Below are positions 10,523 through 18,503 of a DNA stretch of 64,000 nucleotides, one piece after another. The notes below the pieces were generated by a model that searched no databases, was not told where the DNA came from, and was given only the letters and a program-made list of their open reading frames with translations. Position 1 is the first letter of the stretch. Every line of letters begins with the position of its first letter. Both the position numbers and the translations under genes were made by a program. Origin of the DNA: a virus; the IMG/VR virus record IMGVR_UViG_3300027906_000002, positions 115,403 to 179,402 of that record; one strand, 5' to 3'.

Positions 10523-11553
10523 TGCTAGGAACCTATTCATATCACGAGATATTTAGAAAGACTATTGTAGCTTTCGGAACAATGTTTAACAACATTGAAA
10601 TACGTCGCCAAGATGAGGTGATGAAAGTTCCATTGGCATATGGTCCTAAGCAGAAATTTTTAGCTCGTTTGGATCAGAACCCAGATCCTACAAACAAAAG
10701 GGTTCAAATTACTTTACCTAGATTATCATTTGAAATATCAGGTGTGTCTTATGATCCAGGTAGAAAGGTTTCACCTACACAAAAGATTAAATTTAAAAAG
10801 GATGTAAATGAAAACAAGAATGCTTTCATGCCCGTTCCATATAATATTAATTTTGAGTTAGCAATTATATCTAAAAATCAAGATGACGGATTACAAATCA
10901 TTGAGCAAATTCTTCCGTACTTTCAACCTCATTATAATCTCTCAGTTAAACTCGCAACGACAATCGGGGAGACCAAGGATGTCCCAGTAGTTTTACAGGA
11001 TATATCTTATGAGGATGACTATGAGGGAGACTTTGCAAATCGTAGAGCAATAATATATACACTTCAGTTTACTGCGAAAACTTATCTATACGGTCCTATT
11101 ACGGATGCGAAGACTATCAAGAAGTCTATTACAGATTACTATACCAGTACAGATACAACCAAAGCACCAAGAGAGAAACGTTACACCGTTACTCCTACTG
11201 CGTTAACAGATCAGGATGGAGTGGGACTTACTACTCTTACTGCTGCAATGGATATAAATGATGGTATAATATCTGTAGCTAGTGTATCATCTCTAGAACA
11301 AGGAGTTGATATTCAGATTGGTACTGAGGTTATGCATATCAACAGAGTTGTTGGTAGCACCCTTCATGTCAGTCGAGGATGGAATAACACAACCATTGCA
11401 GGGCATCAGAACGGTGCAGCTATTCTCAAGATAGATGAGGATGATGCAGCACTACTTGATTCTGATGATGACTTTGGGTTTGGTGAGTTATTCTCAGACT
11501 ATACTGATAATAAGAAACGCAATCCTGTTAGCGGTCAAGACGAAACAATTTAA
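10522..11553 (+). CDS. gp15: Tail sheath stabiliser / terminator gp15
   Basis: FGTMFNNI; VPLAYGPKQKFLARL; LPRLSFE; PVPYNINFEL; EQILPYFQP motifs. Confidence 0.93.
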   Translation: MLGTYSYHEIFRKTIVAFGTMFNNIEIRRQDEVMKVPLAYGPKQKFLARLDQNPDPTNKRVQITLPRLSFEISGVSYDPGRKVSPTQKIKFKKDVNENKNAFMPVPYNINFELAIISKNQDDGLQIIEQILPYFQPHYNLSVKLATTIGETKDVPVVLQDISYEDDYEGDFANRRAIIYTLQFTAKTYLYGPITDAKTIKKSITDYYTSTDTTKAPREKRYTVTPTALTDQDGVGLTTLTAAMDINDGIISVASVSSLEQGVDIQIGTEVMHINRVVGSTLHVSRGWNNTTIAGHQNGAAILKIDEDDAALLDSDDDFGFGELFSDYTDNKKRNPVSGQDETI

Positions 11554-11555
11554 TT

Positions 11556-12137
11556 ATGGCAAAAATTGAAACTCTTTATCCCACAGCCATGTATGTGGAA
11601 GATAGGATAGAGAACTTTGATGATGTTCAAAAAGAAATGGAAGAATGTCTAAAGGATGTTGAATATTCATTTCATGAAAGTTGGGGAACTCACTGGCTTT
11701 CTAATTTAGAATTTACTGAGAATAAACTATTACAATCTATGCCTTTATTTGCTGCAGAGTTATCTAAGCATATAGAGGCATATTGTAATACAATGAAGTT
11801 TTTTGATAAGACTTATGTTGAAATAATATCTTCATGGTTCTCTAAATTTGAAAAAGGTAACCATGCTCACATACACAATCATAAGGGTTCTGATATAAGT
11901 GGTGTGTATTATTTTAAAACTACTGGTGATGATGGTCATATATTCTTTACTACACCCAATCAGTATACTGAGATGAGTGATGTGTGGTCATCTGATAGGT
12001 TTAGTCATTCATCTGATGAAGGTAAATTACTTATATTTCCTTCATATTTAAAACATGGGGTTACTACTAACCTAACTAGTAGTACAAGAATAAGTTTTTC
12101 TTTTAATCTCAAAGTACATGAGTGGGTAAATGAATAA
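11556..12137 (+). CDS. 2OG-Fe(II) oxygenase (TIGR02466-like)
   Basis: HNH..SDISGVYY; EGKLLIFPSYLKHGV; RISFSFN. Confidence 0.85.
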   Translation: MAKIETLYPTAMYVEDRIENFDDVQKEMEECLKDVEYSFHESWGTHWLSNLEFTENKLLQSMPLFAAELSKHIEAYCNTMKFFDKTYVEIISSWFSKFEKGNHAHIHNHKGSDISGVYYFKTTGDDGHIFFTTPNQYTEMSDVWSSDRFSHSSDEGKLLIFPSYLKHGVTTNLTSSTRISFSFNLKVHEWVNE

Positions 12138-12549
12138 AGATTTCTCTGGATTAGACCAGGTATTTGGGGATGAACCAACCGATCTAGAACAACATGTAGA
12201 AAAAACAAAAGTTCTAAGAAAGAGTCAAACACCTGATGTGCAACAGGATTATGAAATTTCTCGTGCTCAGTTGCACAATCTAGTAATGAAAGGACAGGAG
12301 GCAGTAGATGGTATACTTGATGTGGCACGAGCAAGTGATCATCCTCGTGCTTATGAAGTTGCTGCAACGACAATCAAAGCAGTGGGAGATGTAGCAGATA
12401 AGTTGATAGACCTTCAAGGTAAGATGAAAGAGTTGGATAAGGAAGATAAGAAAGGTCCAACTAATGTAACCAATGCAATGTTTGTTGGGAGTACATCCGA
12501 CTTACAGAAGATGTTAAAAAACATAAATAAGACAGAAGAAACAACATAG
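12130..12549 (+). CDS. gp16: Terminase small subunit gp16
   Basis: DYEISRAQL; SDHPRAYEV; NAMFVGSTSDLQKML. Confidence 0.92.
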   Translation: MNKDFSGLDQVFGDEPTDLEQHVEKTKVLRKSQTPDVQQDYEISRAQLHNLVMKGQEAVDGILDVARASDHPRAYEVAATTIKAVGDVADKLIDLQGKMKELDKEDKKGPTNVTNAMFVGSTSDLQKMLKNINKTEETT

Positions 12550-12556
12550 ACACGAC

Positions 12557-13093
12557 ATGACAGTTCTCAACGTATTAAGTACCAACAGTGTGGCTGCTGG
12601 TGCTACCGAGTATCAAACGGTACAAACAGGATATTATAGAGTTGGTTCCACAGCAGGAGCTGCTACAGTTTCCTTTAATGGTGGTGCTGCAATTACTTTA
12701 GTTCAAAATGAATTCATTTTAATTAAAGGTGGTAAACCTGGTACAGCAAAGATCGTCAAGGCTATTGATGATGCAACTGCTGATTATTACGTTGGTGAGC
12801 ACATTCAAGATACATCACATAATCACCCATTCTCTGTGGGAGATTTTATTGCGATTGTAGATGATAGTACATCTCCAACAATTGATAGTAACTTCCTTTC
12901 TGCTGGCACTGCTGGTAAAAAGATTACTGCAATTTCAACCAATAATGTATTAACTACTGATGTAGATTCTTCTAGTGCTAGTGCTGATTACACCTGGGCA
13001 TCAGGTAGGAAAGCATTAATACAACGTGCTGTTAAGATAGTTGCTGCTACAAGTGCAGTTATTGTCGAAGAAGTTCAAGTGGTTGGAGGCTAA
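12557..13093 (+). CDS. Conserved cyanophage hypothetical, probably virion protein
   Basis: 178-aa beta-rich ORF directly after gp16. Confidence 0.65.
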   Translation: MTVLNVLSTNSVAAGATEYQTVQTGYYRVGSTAGAATVSFNGGAAITLVQNEFILIKGGKPGTAKIVKAIDDATADYYVGEHIQDTSHNHPFSVGDFIAIVDDSTSPTIDSNFLSAGTAGKKITAISTNNVLTTDVDSSSASADYTWASGRKALIQRAVKIVAATSAVIVEEVQVVGG

Positions 13094-13094
13094 G

Positions 13095-13763
13095 ATGCCT
13101 CTGGTTAATCAAAAGGCAGAGAAAATTGTTAGGGGTATGAAAAGACGTACCTCCGATTTTAAAAGACTCTATGGGAAACGTGACAAGGAAGTCATGTATG
13201 CGACTGCCAATAAGTTAGCTCAAAAAGAAAATCTTAAAGTTATGTACTATAAAGACTTTATCAAACTCGTTGAGGGTAACCCTACTACACGAATGCTCAC
13301 CAAGTCTAAGACTAAGGTGACTGGTAATATTTCTGCGGATCGTGGTAGTTCAGAATCCAAGAATCGAGAGAAACGTAAAGGACTTGAAAAGGATTTAAAA
13401 AAGAAAGGTATTGGATATAAGAAGGGTGTAGGTGAATACAAATATAAATCTGATGATGGAAAAGAAGGGACTGGAAGAGAGGTCTCTTACCAAACAAGTA
13501 AACCTGATAAGATGAGTAAGCGTAGGTTTGGTAAAACGATGAGAAGATTAGGACGTAAGCATGGACAGGAATCAGTTATCACTAAGGATAAAAAGAAACC
13601 TGCAAGACTACATGACACCCAATCCAAGAAACCAGGTAAATCAATTAATCTAGGTAAGTCTGCACCAGGCAAACATCCCAAAGGAGATGGAGAAACTTCA
13701 GGGACTAAAGTCAGGTCAGGTAAACTATCTAAAACTTCTAAAGCAGCATACCATTACAAATAA
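13095..13763 (+). CDS. Highly basic hypothetical protein, possible internal head protein
   Basis: ATG at 13095 after GGAGG; very K/R-rich. Confidence 0.65.
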   Translation: MPLVNQKAEKIVRGMKRRTSDFKRLYGKRDKEVMYATANKLAQKENLKVMYYKDFIKLVEGNPTTRMLTKSKTKVTGNISADRGSSESKNREKRKGLEKDLKKKGIGYKKGVGEYKYKSDDGKEGTGREVSYQTSKPDKMSKRRFGKTMRRLGRKHGQESVITKDKKKPARLHDTQSKKPGKSINLGKSAPGKHPKGDGETSGTKVRSGKLSKTSKAAYHYK

Positions 13764-13787
13764 GTAAATTTCTGGTAGGCAAATTAA

Positions 13788-13943
13788 ATGACTGATTCTG
13801 AAAAGAAGTACAGGGAAGAGCTTGATCGCTATAGACAACTCTTAAATCGTCAAGCTAAGCAACAAGAGGAGAAGGGATTAAAACCATATAGTCACCCAGA
13901 CCACTATGATAAATTGTGTTCAAAGGAGGATAATAGTAGTTAA
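13788..13943 (+). CDS. Small hypothetical protein (51 aa, MTDSEKKYREELDRYRQLL...)
   Basis: Read by hand; fills the intergenic gap. Confidence 0.55.
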   Translation: MTDSEKKYREELDRYRQLLNRQAKQQEEKGLKPYSHPDHYDKLCSKEDNSS

Positions 13944-13954
13944 TTATACTTACG

Positions 13955-13968
13955 TGCTATAATAAATA
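13955..13968 (+). promoter_or_regulatory. Overlapping extended -10 (TGCTATAAT) and late (TAAATA) promoter elements
   Basis: tgctataataaata upstream of 13994. Confidence 0.6.
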
Positions 13969-13993
13969 AGTACATCATTGGGATTGAAAGATC

Positions 13994-14200
13994 ATGCCCC
14001 AGACTCATTATACCGTAGGGTATCACGATGTTAATCGAAAGCATCACGAAATCTGCGAGTACGCTACAGATTCATACGAAGCAATAAAGCATTCACAAGA
14101 GGATGTTCCTATGTTAAAGGAGCATCCTTCTTTTGTTGACTACTGTACTAATAATACAGGGTTAGATTATCTTATGGGCATTGTGCCTATGGGACGTTAA
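13994..14200 (+). CDS. Small conserved hypothetical protein
   Basis: MPQTHYTVGYHD...HEICEYATDSYEAI; 68 aa. Confidence 0.65.
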   Translation: MPQTHYTVGYHDVNRKHHEICEYATDSYEAIKHSQEDVPMLKEHPSFVDYCTNNTGLDYLMGIVPMGR

Positions 14201-14203
14201 CTT

Positions 14204-14584
14204 ATGACTACATTAATAATACGTCACAAGCATGAGATTATGTGGTGGATGAGTAGAATAACTATTATGCTTACCGCATTATTCTTATCATTTTCATTAG
14301 CACAATCTGCATATGCTACTGAGATACAAATGGGTTACAATGGCAATCTAGTCTTTGAACCCAATGAGGTTACAGTTAATGCAGGTGAGACAGTTACCTT
14401 TGTTAATAACGCATTACCTCCTCATAATATCATTGTAGATGGTAGAGCAGATCTATCAAGAGAAGCATTGATGTTTAGTCCTGGTGAGACACAAGAGATT
14501 GTATTTGCTGATACTGGAGACTTTAATTTTAAGTGTGCACCTCATGAAGGAGCTGGTATGAAAGGCGTTATACATGTTAAATAA
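14204..14584 (+). CDS. petE: Plastocyanin
   Basis: Signal peptide ending AQSAYA; FVNNALPPHN; C-x2-H-x4-M copper site (CAPHEGAGM). Confidence 0.95.
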   Translation: MTTLIIRHKHEIMWWMSRITIMLTALFLSFSLAQSAYATEIQMGYNGNLVFEPNEVTVNAGETVTFVNNALPPHNIIVDGRADLSREALMFSPGETQEIVFADTGDFNFKCAPHEGAGMKGVIHVK

Positions 14585-14608
14585 ATAACATTGCCTTGTA
14601 TAAATTAA

Positions 14609-14899
14609 ATGGCTACTGTAACACTTAAGTCATCAGACGGTTCAATAGAAACTTTTGAATGTGATGAAGAAACTCCTATATTAGAAGCTGCAGAAGAAGC
14701 AGGTATAGATCATCCATATTCTTGTCGTGCTGGTTCATGTTCTTCATGTTGTATGAAGCTTGAGGATGGTACAGTCAATCAGGAAGATCAATTCTTCTTA
14801 GATGATGATCAATTAGAATCTGGATTTGTTCTTACTTGCGTTGCACTACCAACTAGTGCTACAATAACCTTATTAACAGAGCAAGAAGAAAATCTTTAA
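14609..14899 (+). CDS. petF: Plant-type [2Fe-2S] ferredoxin
   Basis: PYSCRAGSCSSC ... VLTCVA. Confidence 0.95.
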   Translation: MATVTLKSSDGSIETFECDEETPILEAAEEAGIDHPYSCRAGSCSSCCMKLEDGTVNQEDQFFLDDDQLESGFVLTCVALPTSATITLLTEQEENL

Positions 14900-15888
14900 T
14901 GGCACAATTAAATGATTTCGAGCCCCTCGATTTTAAAAAAGAAGGTATTGTACTTGACTATAAAACTGCTGGCGTTGATATTGATGCTGGTAATAGTTTT
15001 GTAGAAGATCTTAAAACTAAAGTTCCTGGCCTTGGTGGCTTTGGAGGAATGATAAAGGTTCCCGTAGGATACGAGGAACCTATTTTAGTATCTGGAGCTG
15101 ACGGTGTTGGAACTAAATTAAACATAGCACAGGTTGCGAATGACTTCACAACCATAGGTCAAGACTTAGTTGCTATGTGTGTTAACGATGTTATTACTTG
15201 TGGTGCTAATCCGTTATATTTTTTAGACTATATTTCTACTCAGAAATTAGATAATAATATAGCAGATATTATGATAGGAGTTTTAAAAGGATGTGAGATA
15301 GCAGGTATGGATCTCTTAGGTGGAGAGACTGCTGAACATCCAAGACAACTTCATTATGATATGGCAGGGTTCTGTACTGGTATAGTAGATAAGAAGGATA
15401 TTGTAGATGGGTCTGCTATTAAACCAAGTGATAAAGTTATTGGTTTGGCAAGTAGTGGTCTTCATAGTAATGGATATAGTCTTGTTAACTATCTCTTGAC
15501 TAGGCATCAGATATTTTATTCTGAACATCCTGAACTACTTACTCCCACTACCATCTATGCACCTGTAGTTAAGAAACTGTTGAAAGAGTTTGATGATATA
15601 TTTGGTATGGCACATATCACAGGTGGTGGTATTCCTGAGAACTTACCCAGATGCTTACCAAAAGGATTGAAAGTAAATGTAGATTATAATGCATGGTCTG
15701 TACCAGAAATCTTTAAGAAGATTCAACTTAAAGGTAATGTTGAAGAATCTGAAATGAGAAGAGTATTTAACCTTGGTATTGGATACTGTGTAGTTGTTCC
15801 TGATAATATTAAGTATTATGTGATGGATGTTATTAGACAGGAAGGTATTGATTGTTGGGAGATAGGGGAAGTATATGAAGGGATATAG
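14899..15888 (+). CDS. purM: Phosphoribosylaminoimidazole (AIR) synthetase
   Basis: YKTAGVDIDAG; DGVGTKL; AMCVND; GGETAE; SGLHSNGYSL; AHITGGG; FNLGIG. Confidence 0.96.
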   Translation: MAQLNDFEPLDFKKEGIVLDYKTAGVDIDAGNSFVEDLKTKVPGLGGFGGMIKVPVGYEEPILVSGADGVGTKLNIAQVANDFTTIGQDLVAMCVNDVITCGANPLYFLDYISTQKLDNNIADIMIGVLKGCEIAGMDLLGGETAEHPRQLHYDMAGFCTGIVDKKDIVDGSAIKPSDKVIGLASSGLHSNGYSLVNYLLTRHQIFYSEHPELLTPTTIYAPVVKKLLKEFDDIFGMAHITGGGIPENLPRCLPKGLKVNVDYNAWSVPEIFKKIQLKGNVEESEMRRVFNLGIGYCVVVPDNIKYYVMDVIRQEGIDCWEIGEVYEGI

Positions 15889-16141
15889 TAAAGAAGATAT
15901 TAAAAGGATCTTGGGATCTTCTTGGCCTACTATGCCTGAAGACTATGAGACTGGTAATGAGATGAGAAAGAGAAAGGGTAGAGAGATGAGAGCAGGGAAA
16001 ATACCTTATCCCACATACCCTGCAAAGAAGGTAGGTCCAAACTTTGATGAGAATGGAAAATATATTTACCCTGAAGGTAGTGGGTTTAATTATATGGAGA
16101 GACTGGATCCTAATTCTGAATGGGGTGGTAAAGTATCATGA
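15875..16141 (+). CDS. Hypothetical protein
   Basis: 88 aa; overlaps the purM stop. Confidence 0.6.
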   Translation: MKGYSKEDIKRILGSSWPTMPEDYETGNEMRKRKGREMRAGKIPYPTYPAKKVGPNFDENGKYIYPEGSGFNYMERLDPNSEWGGKVS

Positions 16142-16317
16142 CTCAAGTAGTATGGTCAGTAATAATACTATTAACAATACTACTTGCAACTGTCACTTGG
16201 TATATCTACTATATACTTCGTATGGCCTATGCGGAGATGAATGATGGGAGCGATGACACCACCGAGTCGGAAGAGTTGTTACAACTTTCGAGTGACGAAA
16301 ATAGACAAGGTGCTTGA
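16138..16317 (+). CDS. Small membrane protein (59 aa, MTQVVWSVIILLTILLATVTWYIYYILRMAY...) overlapping the 5' end of the nuclease gene
   Basis: Read by hand; ATGA coupling to the upstream stop; one TM helix and an acidic tail. Confidence 0.6.
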   Translation: MTQVVWSVIILLTILLATVTWYIYYILRMAYAEMNDGSDDTTESEELLQLSSDENRQGA

Positions 16318-16705
16318 TGGTGATACTATCGATGTTACTATTGACCTCGGCTTTGATCTATACAAGAAAGAAAGAGTTAGAATTGCAGGAGTTGATACGC
16401 CAGAGAAGAGAACGAGAGATAAGGAAGAGAAGGCACTGGGAATAGATGCTACCAACTGGTTAAAAGAAAAACTTACTGAGACTATTAAAGGTGATGATGA
16501 ACTCACTATTAGAACTGAACTTAAGGGTGGGGTTGGGAAGTATGGTAGGCTTCTTGGTTGGCTCTATGTTGGCGAATCTACTCTTTCACTAAATGAACAA
16601 ATGATTACAGAGGGTTATGCTTGGGAATATGATGGCGGCACTAAACAGAAAGATTTTGAGGTCTTACGTGAAATTAGGAGATCGTTTGGGACTCTGGTCG
16701 AGTAA
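16241..16705 (+). CDS. Staphylococcal-nuclease (SNase/thermonuclease)-like protein
   Basis: KVLDGDTIDV; RVRIAGVDTPE; GKYGRLLG; LNEQMITEGYAWEY. Confidence 0.9.
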   Translation: MMGAMTPPSRKSCYNFRVTKIDKVLDGDTIDVTIDLGFDLYKKERVRIAGVDTPEKRTRDKEEKALGIDATNWLKEKLTETIKGDDELTIRTELKGGVGKYGRLLGWLYVGESTLSLNEQMITEGYAWEYDGGTKQKDFEVLREIRRSFGTLVE

Positions 16706-16796
16706 CGATCAAGTAACACTCAACATAGAAGGTGTGACCACCAGACGTTTATATGCTGAGTGGATTATAACTAAAGAAGAATACGAGAATGAGTAA
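16617..16796 (+). CDS. Small hypothetical protein (MLGNMMAALNRKILRSY...) overlapping the 3' end of the nuclease gene and coupled to gp17
   Basis: Read by hand; its stop overlaps the gp17 start region. Confidence 0.5.
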   Translation: MLGNMMAALNRKILRSYVKLGDRLGLWSSNDQVTLNIEGVTTRRLYAEWIITKEEYENE

Positions 16797-18441
16797 AACA
16801 CAAGAGATATACTTAGGTAATCCTAATCTTAAAAAGGCTAATGTCGCATATGATTTTAGTAAAGATGATGTTGCCGAGTATTTAAAGTGTGCTAAGAATC
16901 CTGTATACTTTATAAGAAACTATATCAAAATTGTTTCTTTGGATGAAGGTGTCATACCCTTTACCATGTATGATTTTCAGGAAACAATGGTAGAAAGTTT
17001 TCATAAACATAGATTTAATATTGCTAAACTACCTAGACAGTCTGGTAAATCTACAATTGTAACAGCATATCTATTATGGTATGTACTCTTTAATGATAAT
17101 GTAAATGTCGCAATCCTCGCAAACAAAGCAGCCACTGCAAGAGAAATGCTGGGCCGCTTACAACTTTCTTATGAGAATCTCCCTAAATGGATGCAACAGG
17201 GTATTGTCGGATGGAACAAAGGGAGCTTGGAGTTGGAGAACGGTAGTAAGATCTTGGCTGCTTCTACTTCTGCTAGTGCTGTACGGGGTATGTCCTTTAA
17301 CATTATATTTCTGGACGAATTCGCATTCGTTCCGAATCATATTGCAGAGCAGTTTTTTAGTTCTGTGTATCCTACTATATCTTCTGGTCAAAAAACAAAA
17401 GTTATTATTATTTCTACCCCTCATGGGATGAATATGTTTTACAAACTCTGGCATGATGCAGAACGTAAAGCAAATGAATATATTCCTACAGAAGTACATT
17501 GGTCTCAAGTTCCTGGTAGGGATGAGGTATGGAAGGAACAAACTATTAGAAATACTTCTGAACAACAGTTCAGAGTTGAGTTTGATTGTGAGTTCTTAGG
17601 ATCAGTTGATACTCTTATTAGTCCAAGTAAGTTGAGGATCATGCCCTATGAGGATCCCATTAAACAAAATAGGGGGTTGGCAGTTTATGAACAAACAGTT
17701 GAAGATCATAACTATATTGTTACTGTTGATGTATCACGTGGTATTGGTGGGGATTACTCTGCGTTTTGTGTCATGGATACAACTACACTACCGTATACTT
17801 TAGTTGCAAGATATAAAAATAATGAAATTAAACCTATTATATTACCTAACATTATAGTTGATGTAGCTAAGAATTATAATAATGCTTACATACTCTGTGA
17901 GGTAAATGATATTGGAGGACAGGTAGCAGACATCATTCAGTACGATTTAGAATATGAAAATTTATTGATGGTTGCTATGAGAGGTAGAGCAGGGCAACAA
18001 CTTGGACAGGGATTCTCAGGTAAGAAGACACAACTTGGTGTGAAGATGAGTACTGCTGTTAAACAAGTTGGATGCTCTAACCTTAAAGCATTAATAGAAG
18101 ATGATAAATTAATCATTAAAGATTATGATACTATTGCAGAATTGACTACCTTTATTCAGAAGGGTCAATCATTCCAAGCAGAAGACGGATGTCATGACGA
18201 TCTTGCTATGTGTTTGGTTATGTTTGCGTGGATGGCTATGCAAGAGTACTTTAAAGAGATGCACGATAATGATGTAAGAGCTAGAATATATGCGGATCAA
18301 AGAGATTCAATAGAACAAGACATGGCCCCATTTGGGTTTATCAATGACGGTCAAGAGGAAGATGTCATCGTAGATGCTCAAGGAGAACGATGGGAAGTTG
18401 CGGAATATGGTGACGTACAACACATGCTAGACTTTAGGTGA
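16789..18441 (+). CDS. gp17: Terminase large subunit gp17
   Basis: YLGNPNLK; Walker A PRQSGKST; IFLDEFAF; STPHG; DVSRG; HDDLAM. Confidence 0.97.
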   Translation: MSKTQEIYLGNPNLKKANVAYDFSKDDVAEYLKCAKNPVYFIRNYIKIVSLDEGVIPFTMYDFQETMVESFHKHRFNIAKLPRQSGKSTIVTAYLLWYVLFNDNVNVAILANKAATAREMLGRLQLSYENLPKWMQQGIVGWNKGSLELENGSKILAASTSASAVRGMSFNIIFLDEFAFVPNHIAEQFFSSVYPTISSGQKTKVIIISTPHGMNMFYKLWHDAERKANEYIPTEVHWSQVPGRDEVWKEQTIRNTSEQQFRVEFDCEFLGSVDTLISPSKLRIMPYEDPIKQNRGLAVYEQTVEDHNYIVTVDVSRGIGGDYSAFCVMDTTTLPYTLVARYKNNEIKPIILPNIIVDVAKNYNNAYILCEVNDIGGQVADIIQYDLEYENLLMVAMRGRAGQQLGQGFSGKKTQLGVKMSTAVKQVGCSNLKALIEDDKLIIKDYDTIAELTTFIQKGQSFQAEDGCHDDLAMCLVMFAWMAMQEYFKEMHDNDVRARIYADQRDSIEQDMAPFGFINDGQEEDVIVDAQGERWEVAEYGDVQHMLDFR

Positions 18442-18452
18442 GTATTCAAAAA

Positions 18453-18460
18453 TATAAATA
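18453..18460 (+). promoter_or_regulatory. T4 late promoter TATAAATA
   Basis: Exact consensus upstream of gp18. Confidence 0.8.
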
Positions 18461-18503
18461 ATCTTAGTCTAACCAAATCGGGATTTAATCGGAGTTTATA
18501 AAC

